A model generated the notes under the pieces. The model had not been told where the DNA came from, did no database searches, and was given only the letters and a program-made list of their open reading frames with translations. From positions 64,001 to 128,000 of the forward strand of contig CAWDRG010000015.1 of the NCBI GenBank assembly GCA_963804645.1: a DNA stretch of 64,000 nt, given 5' to 3'. Within the stretch, counting starts at the first letter, position 1; the number at the start of each line of letters is the position of its first letter. Positions 28,619-37,823 of the stretch are shown piece after piece. The translations under genes and the position numbers were made by a program. Source of the stretch: an uncultured Bacillota bacterium. Its GTDB lineage: Bacteria; Sysuimicrobiota; Sysuimicrobiia; Sysuimicrobiales; Segetimicrobiaceae.

Positions 28619-29305
28619 GTGACGCACGCGGTGGTGTTTGATTTTGACGGGCTGATCGTGGACACCGAGATGGCCGAATGCGTGGCCTGGCGGGTGCTGT
28701 ACGCCCGCCGCGGGCTGGTGTTTCCCTTCGAGTCGTGGCTGCAGAACGTCGGCCGCAACGACCGGCCGTTCGATCCCCTCGGGCCGTTTCGGGGTGCCGA
28801 CGGCTCCGCGGACGACGCGGTCCGCGAGTGGCGGGCGCTCGAGACCTCGATCGAACCCGCGTTCCTCATCCCGCTGCCGGGGGTCGTCCCGCTGCTCGAC
28901 ACTCTGCGGCGCGAGCGGTGGAAGGTGGCGATCGCCTCGTCGTCGCGCCACGTCCGCGTCGCCGAGATGGTCGGGCGGCTCGGCCTTGCGGGGCGGTTCG
29001 ATGCGATCGCCGGCGGAGACGAGGTGCCGCACGCGAAGCCTTCGCCCGATGTCTACCTCCTGGCCGCGTCCCGGCTGGAGGTGCCGCCGCAGGCGTGCAC
29101 CGCGCTGGAGGACAGCGCGGCCGGGCTGCGCGCGGCGAAGGCGGCCGGCATGCGCTGCATCGCGGTGCCGTCGCATGTGACGCGCTCCATGGATTTCTCT
29201 CTCGCGGACGCGGTCGTTCCCGACCTGCGGCACGTGACGCTGCACGTCCTGTTGGGCACCGAGGCGCCCGGAGGCGCCGGTCCGGCGCGCGTCGAACCGG
29301 CGTAG
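28619..29305 (+). CDS. HAD-superfamily hydrolase (beta-PGM-like, subfamily IA)
   Basis: FDFDGLIVDTE, IASSS, KPSPDVY, LEDS..G. Confidence 0.9.
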   Translation: MTHAVVFDFDGLIVDTEMAECVAWRVLYARRGLVFPFESWLQNVGRNDRPFDPLGPFRGADGSADDAVREWRALETSIEPAFLIPLPGVVPLLDTLRRERWKVAIASSSRHVRVAEMVGRLGLAGRFDAIAGGDEVPHAKPSPDVYLLAASRLEVPPQACTALEDSAAGLRAAKAAGMRCIAVPSHVTRSMDFSLADAVVPDLRHVTLHVLLGTEAPGGAGPARVEPA

Positions 29306-29352
29306 CGGCGCGCGCCGACGCGAAGGCGGCGGGCGCGGGAAGGGGGCAGTCG

Positions 29353-30306
29353 ATGCGGATCGCCACGCTGCTGCCGAGCGCGACCGAGATCGTCTGCGTC
29401 CTCGGGCTCGCGGCGGACGTCGTCGCGGTGACCCACGAGTGCGATTATCCGCCGGAGATGCGCACGCGCCCGGTGGTGGTGCGTCCGCTCGTGGACTCCG
29501 CGGCGTCCGGGCGGGAGATCGACGCCGCGGTGGAGTCCGCGCTCGCGCGCGGAGAGCCCCTGTACCGCATCGACCTGGACGCGCTCGCCGCCGCCCGGCC
29601 GGATCTTTTGATTACCCAGGACCTCTGCGACGTCTGCGCGCTGCCGAGCCTGGACGTCGACGCGGCGGCCGCGCGCCTGCCCGGCTCTCCTGCGGTGCTC
29701 CGCCTGCACCCGCACACGCTCGAGGATGTGTTGTGCGACGTGGTTCGGGTCGGCGACGCGGTCGGCCGGCCCGGCGCAGCGCACCGCGTGGTGGCGGACC
29801 TGCGCGCGCGAGCGGCCCGCGTCGAGGCGGCGGTGCGGGGACGGCCGCGACCGCGCGTGTTCTGCATGGAGTGGATCGACCCGCCGTTCTGCGGGGGGCA
29901 CTGGATGCCGGAACTGGTGGAACGCGCCGGCGGGCGCGAGGTGCTCGGCTGGCACGGGCGTCCGTCGTTCCGCGTTGAGTGGGACGCGATCGTCGACGCC
30001 GCGCCGGACGTGATCGTACTCACGGTCTGCGGCTTCGACGTCCCGCGAACGCTCGGGGAGCTCGCTGCGGTCGCCTCGCGCCCCGAGTGGCTGGCGCTTC
30101 CGGCCGTTGCGTCCGGACGCGTCTACGCGACCGACGGCGGCAGTTTCTTCAGCCGGTCCGGGCCGCGCCTCATCGAGGGGCTCGAGATCCTCGCCGCGCT
30201 GCTGCATCCCGACGCGGCGGCGTGGGGGACGCCCCCGGGCTCGTGGACGCGCGCGGCGCCGGCCGTATCCGAGCGAATGGCGAGTTCTGGGAGGGGAGAC
30301 TCATGA
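29353..30306 (+). CDS. BtuF-like cobalamin/Fe-siderophore-binding-fold protein without a signal peptide
   Basis: MRIATLLPSATEIV, VTHECDYP, PDLLITQDLCDVCA, EWIDP, GHWMPE, FSRSGPRL. Confidence 0.85.
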   Translation: MRIATLLPSATEIVCVLGLAADVVAVTHECDYPPEMRTRPVVVRPLVDSAASGREIDAAVESALARGEPLYRIDLDALAAARPDLLITQDLCDVCALPSLDVDAAAARLPGSPAVLRLHPHTLEDVLCDVVRVGDAVGRPGAAHRVVADLRARAARVEAAVRGRPRPRVFCMEWIDPPFCGGHWMPELVERAGGREVLGWHGRPSFRVEWDAIVDAAPDVIVLTVCGFDVPRTLGELAAVASRPEWLALPAVASGRVYATDGGSFFSRSGPRLIEGLEILAALLHPDAAAWGTPPGSWTRAAPAVSERMASSGRGDS

Positions 30307-31391
30307 GCGACGCATTCCCGACGGTGCGGGCCGCGGTCGTGCAGGCAGCACCGGTCGTATTGGACCGCGACGCGACGGTGGAGAAAGCCTGCCGGCTGGT
30401 GGAGACGGCGGCATCCCAGGGCGCACGGCTCATCCTGTTTCCCGAGGCCTACATTCCTGCCTACCTGTGGGGGCTGACGTTCGGCACGAGACTCGGCGGG
30501 CGGACCCCGGCCGGGCGCCGCACGTGGGCGCGCTATTGGGCGAATGCCGTGGAGATCCCGAGTCCGGCGACAGACGCGCTGTGCCGCGCCGCGCGCAGCG
30601 CGGGCGCGCATCTCGCGATCGGCGTGATTGAGCGCGACGTGCACGGCAGCCGCGGCACCCTGTACTGCACGCTCCTCTACATCGGTCCGGACGGGCGGAT
30701 TCTAGGCAAGCACCGCAAGCTCAAGCCCACCGCGGCCGAGCGGCTGGTTTGGGGCGAGGGCGACGGCAGCACGCTCCCCGTCTTCGCGACCGACCACGGG
30801 CGCCTCGGCGGCCTCATCTGCTGGGAAAACTACATGCCGCTCGCCCGCATGGCCATGTACGGGCAGGGCGTGGACTTGTACCTCGCCCCGACGGCGGACT
30901 GGCGCGACAGCTGGCAGGCCACGATCCGCCACATCGCCTGCGAGGGTCGGTGCTTCGTGCTTTCATGCTGCCAGTACCTGACCAAGGCGATGTGCCCTGC
31001 CGATCTCGAGGTCCGGAGCGAACTGGCGGATGCGCCGGACGTGCTGTCGCGCGGCGGCAGCGCGATCGTCGGACCCCTCGGCGAGTACCTCGCGGGGCCG
31101 CACTTCGGGAGCGAGGAGATCCTGACCGCGGACCTCGATCTCGCGCGCGTGACCGAGGCGCGATTCGATTTCGACGTCGTCGGGCACTACGCGAGGCCGG
31201 ACGTCTTTCGCCTGACGGTAAACCGCGCGGCCGCGACACCCGTGACGCTGGGCGCGCCCGGACCGGAGGCGGCATCGAGCGCGGTGTCGGCCCAGGACCC
31301 CGGTCGCGGCGAGCGGCGCCCCGCGGGCGCCGAGGCCGCGGCCGCGCTCGAGGCGGGCCCCGCCTACGAGATCCGGCAGGACGGGGAGTAG
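30303..31391 (+). CDS. Nitrilase (carbon-nitrogen hydrolase, class 1)
   Basis: E-K-C triad: FPEAY, KHRKLKPT, ICWENYMP; DVVGHYARPD. Confidence 0.92.
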   Translation: MSDAFPTVRAAVVQAAPVVLDRDATVEKACRLVETAASQGARLILFPEAYIPAYLWGLTFGTRLGGRTPAGRRTWARYWANAVEIPSPATDALCRAARSAGAHLAIGVIERDVHGSRGTLYCTLLYIGPDGRILGKHRKLKPTAAERLVWGEGDGSTLPVFATDHGRLGGLICWENYMPLARMAMYGQGVDLYLAPTADWRDSWQATIRHIACEGRCFVLSCCQYLTKAMCPADLEVRSELADAPDVLSRGGSAIVGPLGEYLAGPHFGSEEILTADLDLARVTEARFDFDVVGHYARPDVFRLTVNRAAATPVTLGAPGPEAASSAVSAQDPGRGERRPAGAEAAAALEAGPAYEIRQDGE

Positions 31392-31416
31392 CGGGGGGCG
31401 TTCGACCGCGGACGCG

Positions 31417-32310
31417 TCACGTGCGGGCGCTCGCCGTACGGGGTCGTACCAGCGTGACCAGGATGCCCACGATCACGAGGAGCGATCCGAGCCAGAGGCG
31501 CCAGTCCGCAGGTTCCCCGAGCACGGTGATGCCGAGGAGCAGCCCGACCACGGGAAAGACGTACGTCACGAGGGACGCTCGGGTCGCGCCCGCCGTGGTG
31601 ATGAGGTAGAAGTAGAGCAGGTAGGCCACGCACGATCCGAGCAGCCCCAGCCAGGCGAGGCCGATCCACACGATCGGCGGCGCGGCGAGATGCAGCGGGC
31701 GCTCGGCTGCGCCCACGGCCGCCCACAGCATGAGATCTCCGATCAGCACGACCATCGTCGCCTGCACGAGCGGAGGCGCACCGCGCAGGTGCTTCCGCGA
31801 GTAGGTGGCGGCGATCGCGTAGCTGAGGCTCGCCCCGAGGAGCGCCGCCTGTCCCCACGCGGAGTCCTGCAGTCCGTGGGGGCCCAGATCGCGGCTCCCG
31901 AGCACGATGACCCCGGCGAATCCGGCGGCAAGTCCGACGGCTCTCGCCGGGGTGATCTTCTCGTCGTGCAGCCAGAGATGCGCGATGACAATCGTGAACA
32001 GCGGCGTCGTAGCGTTCAGAATCGCGGCGAGGCCGGAGGCGATCTTGGTCTCTCCCCACGCGATCAGCGCGAACGGAATCGCGGACTGCACCGCGGCGAG
32101 CCCGATGTACGCGCGCAGCGTCCGGGCGTCCCGGGGAAACGGCTGCCGGCGCGCCGCGGCGACCGCGAGCAGGCCGATGAGCCCGATGCCCAGGCGCAGT
32201 GCGGCCACGGTCAGCGGCGGTAGGTGCCCGACGGCGATCTTGATCCAGAGGAACGACGTTCCCCAAATCAGTCCCAACAGCCAGAACGCCGCCCACTCCT
32301 TGGCTCTCAC
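31417..32310 (-). CDS. DMT/EamA-family transporter
   Basis: IWGTSFLWIK, ASGLAAILNATTPLF, two EamA repeats. Confidence 0.9.
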   Translation of the reverse strand: MRAKEWAAFWLLGLIWGTSFLWIKIAVGHLPPLTVAALRLGIGLIGLLAVAAARRQPFPRDARTLRAYIGLAAVQSAIPFALIAWGETKIASGLAAILNATTPLFTIVIAHLWLHDEKITPARAVGLAAGFAGVIVLGSRDLGPHGLQDSAWGQAALLGASLSYAIAATYSRKHLRGAPPLVQATMVVLIGDLMLWAAVGAAERPLHLAAPPIVWIGLAWLGLLGSCVAYLLYFYLITTAGATRASLVTYVFPVVGLLLGITVLGEPADWRLWLGSLLVIVGILVTLVRPRTASART

Positions 32311-32361
32311 CGCACCGCCTCCTTGCGCCACCATACGGGGCAGCCCGCGGCACATCTACCC

Positions 32362-32379
32362 GATTTGCGAACGCAAATC
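32362..32379. promoter_or_regulatory. Palindromic operator-like site upstream of the EamA gene
   Basis: GATTTGCG-AA-CGCAAATC perfect inverted repeat. Confidence 0.5.
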
Positions 32380-32438
32380 CAATTCCGGAGGCCTCCCCGG
32401 CATCGCATCACACGCAGGGTGACGGGGGTGCGCTCGCG

Positions 32439-32464
32439 GACGTGCCGTTCGACGTGCCGTTCGA
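32439..32464. repeat. 12-bp tandem duplication
   Basis: GACGTGCCGTTC x2 followed by GA. Confidence 0.8.
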
Positions 32465-32470
32465 TGGAGG

Positions 32471-32860
32471 TTACGGTTGCGGGAGCGGTTCGAGTAGGGA
32501 GCGCAGGAGACCCTTGAGTCCGCCGCTGATCGCGCCGTTGGTCACGACGAGATTGCATCCCGCCGCGCGCGCCGCCGACTGCCGCTCGGTATCTTGATGC
32601 CCGCAGAAGCCGAGGAGGGGCACCGTGCGCGTCACCGGATCGAGCTTCGCCGCGCGGATCGCCTGCGTGGCATCGAACCGGTGCGCGGCGAGGTTGAGGA
32701 TCGCGGCGGCGGGGGCGTCCCGGAGGTGCGCCAGCAGCGTCTCCGGAGTGCGGACGACGACAGGCCGAAACCCGAGGGACGTGAGGCCGGCGGAGATGCG
32801 GGCCGAGAAGAAGAGATCGTCGTCGGCCACGACGACCGTGCGTTCCGTGCGTTCGGTCAT
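32471..32860 (-). CDS. Stand-alone receiver-like (CheY-fold) protein, atypical
   Basis: VVVADDDLFF, AAILNL, P.LGFCGH, A.AAGC. Confidence 0.7.
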   Translation of the reverse strand: MTERTERTVVVADDDLFFSARISAGLTSLGFRPVVVRTPETLLAHLRDAPAAAILNLAAHRFDATQAIRAAKLDPVTRTVPLLGFCGHQDTERQSAARAAGCNLVVTNGAISGGLKGLLRSLLEPLPQP

Positions 32861-32894
32861 CTGGGGGCGCGGCCTCCGTGCGTGTGCGAGGCGG

Positions 32895-33206
32895 TCAGAC
32901 CGCCATGCCCATGGCCTGGAGCTGCAGCCGGCCGTCGTCGCTGAGGCGTTCGGGCGACCACGGGGGATTCCACACCATCTCGACTTGGCAGTCCTCCGCG
33001 CCGTCGACGGTCATGATCTTCGACTGGATCTCGGAGACCATCTGCGGCCCCATCGCGCAGCCCATCGCGGTGAGCGTCATCTTGATGTCGACGACGCCGT
33101 CGACGATCGTGATGTCGTAAATCAACCCGAGGTCCCAAATGTTCACCGGGATCTCCGGATCGTAGCACGTCTTCAGGACGTCGATGACCTGGTCGCGCGT
33201 GATCAT
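32895..33206 (-). CDS. Metal-sulfur cluster assembly factor (SufT/DUF59/PaaD-like)
   Basis: DPEIPVNIWDLGLIY, MTLTAMGC, VWNPPW. Confidence 0.92.
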   Translation of the reverse strand: MITRDQVIDVLKTCYDPEIPVNIWDLGLIYDITIVDGVVDIKMTLTAMGCAMGPQMVSEIQSKIMTVDGAEDCQVEMVWNPPWSPERLSDDGRLQLQAMGMAV

Positions 33207-33225
33207 GGCATCACCCTCGGGGGGT

Positions 33226-33283
33226 ATTGTACCACAGCGCGCCAGCCGGCCGCGGCGCGCGTCGATCGAGCGAGTGCTATAGT
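33226..33283. promoter_or_regulatory. Divergent extended -10 pair (sufT-like gene / UPF0182 gene)
   Basis: TGGTACAAT on the minus strand (33226-33234) and TGCTATAGT on the plus strand (33275-33283). Confidence 0.55.
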
Positions 33284-33334
33284 TTAGGGGCAGCCGCGGG
33301 GGCGGCGTCACTTCGACGCGGAGGAGACCGGGCG

Positions 33335-36082
33335 ATGAAGATCCGGAACGTGCTGGCCGTCGTGCTGATCGCCCTGTTGCTGCTCCTGCCCACGCTCGCG
33401 CGGTGGTACACCGAGTGGCTGTGGTTCGGCGAAGTCGGCTACCGTTCGGTGTTCTGGGTGCCCATCGTCGCCGGGGCCGGGTTGGGGTTCGCGGCGGGCC
33501 TGAGCGTGTTCCTCATTCTCTACGTCAACGTGCGCCCGCTGCTGCGGCTTCGCCCGATTCCGCGGGTGATCGAACTGCGCGCCGCCGGCGGGCGCGCAGT
33601 GCGTCAGATCGTCACCCGGCTGAGCCCGGGCCGGCTTGCGATCTTCGGCGCCCTCGCGGTGGCCGCGATCGCCGGCATCGCGGCGTCCGGCGGGTGGCTC
33701 CAGTTTGAGACCCTGCTCCACCAGGTGCCGTTCGGGACCTCGGACCCGGTGTACGGACGCGACGTGGCGTTCTACGTGTTCACGCTGCCGGTGCTGCAGA
33801 CGGTGTACGATTGGCTGTTCGGCTGGCTGTTTGTCGCGCTGCTGATCGTGGCGGTGGGGTACTATCTCGACCTCGCGCCGCTCGCGGTGCGGGGCGTGTG
33901 GGCGATGCCCCGGGGCGTTCGCGTGCACCTGTGCGCGCTGGTCGGCACGATGGCGCTGCTCCGGGCCGTGGGGTTCTGGCTCCAGACCTACGGGCTGCTG
34001 TACTCTCAGCGCGGGGTCGTGTACGGCGCCGGGTACGCGGATCTCCACGCGACACTGCCGATGCTACGCGTGCTCGTCGCGCTCGCTGCGATCACCGGCG
34101 TCCTGCTGCTGGCCTCGACGCGGGCGCGGACGCTGCGTGCCGCGGGGGTCTCGGCCGCGGTGCTCGGCGTCGCGTGGATCGGCGGGATCGGACTCTACCC
34201 GCAGTTCGTCCAGAGCTTCACCGTCGCGCCGAACGAGCTCCGGCTGGAGTCGCCGTACATCAAGAGCAGCATCGACTCCACACTGCACGCCTACAACTTG
34301 GACCAGGTGGAGGAGAAGCAGTTTGCCGCCAACACCGACCTGACCCCCGCCGTCATCGAGGCGAACCGGACGGTGTTGGACAACGTGCGCCTCTGGGACG
34401 ACCGGCCGCTGCTGCAGACGTACGCGCAGATTCAGAGCCTGCGGCTGTACTACACGTTCACGAGCGTCGGCATCGACCGCTACCGGATCGGCGGACACGA
34501 GCAGCAGGTGATGCTGTCCGCGCGCGAGTTGGACGTGACGCGCGTGTCATCGGACGCGCGCACCTGGGTGAACGACCACCTGGTGTTCACCCACGGCTAC
34601 GGGCTGGTGATGAGCCCGGTCAACCTGATCTCGGGCGAGGGCCTGCCGGATCTGTACATCAGGGACATTCCGCCGGTGAGTATTGCCGGTCTCACGGTCA
34701 TGCGGCCCCAACTGTACTACGGGTTGATCGACACCCCCTACGCGGTCGTGAACACGCGGACGAAGGAGCTCGACTACCCGCAGGGCGATCAGAACGTGTA
34801 CGCGAGCTACGCGGGGACCGGCGGGGTGCCGCTCGGCGGGTCGCTCACGCGGCTGGCGTTCATGTACCGGTTCGGCGATCTGCCGCTGGCGCTCAGCACG
34901 GACATCACGCCGCAGAGCCGCATCATGTTCTACCGCTCGGTGCCGGACCGCCTCTCGCACATCGCGCCGTTCCTGACGTTCGACCGCGACCCGTATCTCG
35001 TGCTCGCGGACGGGCGGTTGTTCTGGATCGTCGATGGGTACACGACCAGCTCGGCGTACCCGTACTCGCAGCCGGCCGGGGGGCTCAACTACATCCGCAA
35101 CTCGGTGAAGGCCGTAGTCGACGCCTACAGCGGCGCGACGCAGTTGTACGTGGTCGATCCCTCGGATCCGATCGTGCGGACGTACGCGCAGGTGTTCCCC
35201 GGCGTGTTCCAGCCGATGTCGGCGATGCCGCCGGTCCTCGTCGCACACCTGCGCTACCCGGTTGATCTCTTCCTGGTGCAGGCGCAGATCTACGACACGT
35301 ACCACATGACGGACCCGCGCGTGTTCTACAACCGCGAGGACGTCTGGGCGACGCCCAACGAGCTGTTCGCCGGGGCGCAGCAGCCGCTCGACCCATACTA
35401 CGTGAACCTCCATCTCGACCCGGCCGTGGGCGACGAGTTCGCCCTGATCCTGCCGTTTACGCCGTCCGGGAAGGACAACATGGTGGCGTGGATGGCCGGG
35501 CGGAGCGACGCGCCCAACTACGGCCGGCTGCTCGTCTACCGGTTTCCCAAGGACCGCACCGTGTTCGGCCCGATGCAGATCGAGGCCCGCATCAATCAGG
35601 ATCCCGGCATCAGCGCGCAGCTCACGCTGTGGAACCAGCAGGGGTCCCGGGTGATCCGCGGCAACCTGCTCGTCGTTCCGATTGCCGACGCGCTGTTGTA
35701 CATCGAACCGCTGTACCTCCAGGCGGAGGGCAGCGCCCTGCCGGAACTGAAGCGGGTGATCGTCGCGTACGGGACGCAGATCTCGATGGAGACGACGCTC
35801 GAGCAGGCGCTCGGGCGCGTCTTCGGCGGGCTGCAGCAGTCGTCGACGCTGACATCTCCCGCCCCCGCTCCGAGCGCCCCCGCGGCCGCGCCGGGCGCCC
35901 CCGCGGCGAGCGGCGAGACCCCGGCCCCGTCGCCGCGCGTGGCCGCGCTGATCGCCGAGGCCAACAGCGACTACGAGCGCGCGCAGGCGGCCCTCCGTGC
36001 GGGGGACTTCGCCGCGTACGGCCGCGACGTCGCAGCGCTCGGCCGGGTGCTGCAGCAGCTCAAGCAGGCGACCGGGCCGTAG
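33335..36082 (+). CDS. UPF0182 family membrane protein
   Basis: TEWLWF.EVGY, DPVYGRDVAFYVF.LP, NVRLWD, HLVFTHGYG, NYIRNSVKAVVDAY, RGNLL, YIEPLY, PELKRV. Confidence 0.95.
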   Translation: MKIRNVLAVVLIALLLLLPTLARWYTEWLWFGEVGYRSVFWVPIVAGAGLGFAAGLSVFLILYVNVRPLLRLRPIPRVIELRAAGGRAVRQIVTRLSPGRLAIFGALAVAAIAGIAASGGWLQFETLLHQVPFGTSDPVYGRDVAFYVFTLPVLQTVYDWLFGWLFVALLIVAVGYYLDLAPLAVRGVWAMPRGVRVHLCALVGTMALLRAVGFWLQTYGLLYSQRGVVYGAGYADLHATLPMLRVLVALAAITGVLLLASTRARTLRAAGVSAAVLGVAWIGGIGLYPQFVQSFTVAPNELRLESPYIKSSIDSTLHAYNLDQVEEKQFAANTDLTPAVIEANRTVLDNVRLWDDRPLLQTYAQIQSLRLYYTFTSVGIDRYRIGGHEQQVMLSARELDVTRVSSDARTWVNDHLVFTHGYGLVMSPVNLISGEGLPDLYIRDIPPVSIAGLTVMRPQLYYGLIDTPYAVVNTRTKELDYPQGDQNVYASYAGTGGVPLGGSLTRLAFMYRFGDLPLALSTDITPQSRIMFYRSVPDRLSHIAPFLTFDRDPYLVLADGRLFWIVDGYTTSSAYPYSQPAGGLNYIRNSVKAVVDAYSGATQLYVVDPSDPIVRTYAQVFPGVFQPMSAMPPVLVAHLRYPVDLFLVQAQIYDTYHMTDPRVFYNREDVWATPNELFAGAQQPLDPYYVNLHLDPAVGDEFALILPFTPSGKDNMVAWMAGRSDAPNYGRLLVYRFPKDRTVFGPMQIEARINQDPGISAQLTLWNQQGSRVIRGNLLVVPIADALLYIEPLYLQAEGSALPELKRVIVAYGTQISMETTLEQALGRVFGGLQQSSTLTSPAPAPSAPAAAPGAPAASGETPAPSPRVAALIAEANSDYERAQAALRAGDFAAYGRDVAALGRVLQQLKQATGP

Positions 36083-36105
36083 ACGGCCGCCCGGAGGCGC
36101 GCCGC

Positions 36106-36753
36106 ATGTCCGAGCTCCGACCCCGCGCGGACGGTCCCCACGCGGGCGGGGACACACGGGAGACCGCGCGCATCGAAGCGTTCAGCGACGGGGTGTTCGC
36201 GATCGCGATCACGCTGCTCGTCCTGGATCTGCGCGTGCCTCCCCAGGCGAGTCAGGTGCCGCTCGGCGGCTGGCTCGCCGCGCAGTGGCCCTCGTACTTC
36301 GCGTTCGTCGACAGCTTCGCGACGATCGGCATCATGTGGATCAACCACCACCGGCTGTTCACCCTGATCCGTCGCGCGGACCATACCCTGCTGGTGCTGA
36401 ACGGCCTGCTGCTGCTCGGCGTCACCGTGGTACCGTTTCCGACCGCGCTGCTGGCGAGCTCCCTGCACCGCCCGGACGCGCGGGTGGCTGCGATGGTCTA
36501 CTCCGGTACCTTCACCTGTATCGCGATCGCCTTCAACCTGCTGTGGCATTACGCCGCGTCGGGGTCCCGCTTGCTGGACCGCCGGGTGGACCCGAACGCG
36601 GTGCGCGCGATCACCCGCGCCTACGCCGTCGGCCCCGCGCTGTACGGGCTCGCGCTCGGTCTCGCGGTGGTGTCGGTGACGGCGAGCATCGCGCTGACCG
36701 TCGCGCTCGCGCTGTTCTTTGCGCTGCCGAGCCGGCCCCGCGCCGCGGTGTGA
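36106..36753 (+). CDS. TMEM175-family potassium channel
   Basis: RIEAFSDGVFAIAITLLVL, W.NHH.LF, PFPT. Confidence 0.9.
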   Translation: MSELRPRADGPHAGGDTRETARIEAFSDGVFAIAITLLVLDLRVPPQASQVPLGGWLAAQWPSYFAFVDSFATIGIMWINHHRLFTLIRRADHTLLVLNGLLLLGVTVVPFPTALLASSLHRPDARVAAMVYSGTFTCIAIAFNLLWHYAASGSRLLDRRVDPNAVRAITRAYAVGPALYGLALGLAVVSVTASIALTVALALFFALPSRPRAAV

Positions 36754-36759
36754 GGGCGT

Positions 36760-37344
36760 TCAGCTCGCCGCGAGCCGCTCGAGCAGGACGGCGTACTCCT
36801 CGGGCGTGTTCACGTTCACGAACGAGGCCAGATCGGGGTCGAAACGCCGTATGTCGTCCTCCTCGACGATGCGGACGCGGACGGACGCGAGGAGTCCAGC
36901 GGTGCGGGCCCCGCGCGCGATGCACTGTTCGATCGCGGGCAGGCAGGCGGGCGTGTAGATCGCGTGCAGCGGCTCATACTCGCCGCGATGCCGCGGAATG
37001 ACGACGTCGACATCGCCGGCGAGCGCGGCCATGTGTCGGATCAGCGCCGCGCTTAGGAACGGCATGTCGCACGCGCAGACGAACGCCGGGCCGGAGACGT
37101 GCCGGAGTCCCGAGTAGACGCCGACGAGCGGGTGGCCGGATGGCAGCGCGTCGGGGATGCACCGGAGTCCGGTGCGCGCGTAGTCCTCGGCCGTGTTGGT
37201 CACGAGCAGCGGGGGCTGCCCGCATGCGTCCCCGACGCGCGCGGCCACGATCTCGACGAGCGTGCGGTCTCCGACCGGCAGTAGGGCCTTGTTCCGCCCC
37301 ATGCGACGGCTGTGACCGCCCGCCAGAATGACCCCTGCCAGCAT
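36760..37344 (-). CDS. mobA: Molybdenum cofactor guanylyltransferase
   Basis: ILAGGHSRRMGRNKA, ACDMPF, EPLHAIY, NVNTPEEY. Confidence 0.92.
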   Translation of the reverse strand: MLAGVILAGGHSRRMGRNKALLPVGDRTLVEIVAARVGDACGQPPLLVTNTAEDYARTGLRCIPDALPSGHPLVGVYSGLRHVSGPAFVCACDMPFLSAALIRHMAALAGDVDVVIPRHRGEYEPLHAIYTPACLPAIEQCIARGARTAGLLASVRVRIVEEDDIRRFDPDLASFVNVNTPEEYAVLLERLAAS

Positions 37345-37440
37345 CACTGTGGCCCGAGTATACATCACCGGCCCGCTTGGGCCAGGATGACGCTGGCCGG
37401 TCGACGAATGTCCACGCGCGGGGGAGATTGGGGGGGCGCG

Positions 37441-37728
37441 ATGGACGAGGTCGAGGCGCGGAGGATGCTGAAGGCGTTCGGCACGCAGGTCACGCAGTTC
37501 ATGGACCGCCGCCGCGAGCTGAAGAATCTGGCCGCCGACGCGATCGAGGGGCAGGATCGGACGGCGGTCGCGGTCGTCCTCGCCCAGCTGGGGACCGAGA
37601 CCTCGGAGCTGCACCGCCACTGGCTTCGGGTGACGAACCTGGTGCTGCAAGAGGAGCGGGAGGCGTACAGTGAAATCGCCCGCCTGCTCGAGCAGGCCGG
37701 GCAGGCCGAGGCACAGCAGACCACGTAG
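37441..37728 (+). CDS. Hypothetical helical protein
   Basis: 95-aa ORF with typical codon usage and a purine-rich upstream tract; no recognised motif. Confidence 0.55.
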   Translation: MDEVEARRMLKAFGTQVTQFMDRRRELKNLAADAIEGQDRTAVAVVLAQLGTETSELHRHWLRVTNLVLQEEREAYSEIARLLEQAGQAEAQQTT

Positions 37729-37823
37729 GAAGTGCGGCGCGCGCCGCCGCGAGAGGGGCGGCGCCGCGAGACCCAGAATCCCCCGGCACGCATCTCGTTG
37801 GGGATATGTGGAGGAGGCGCACT

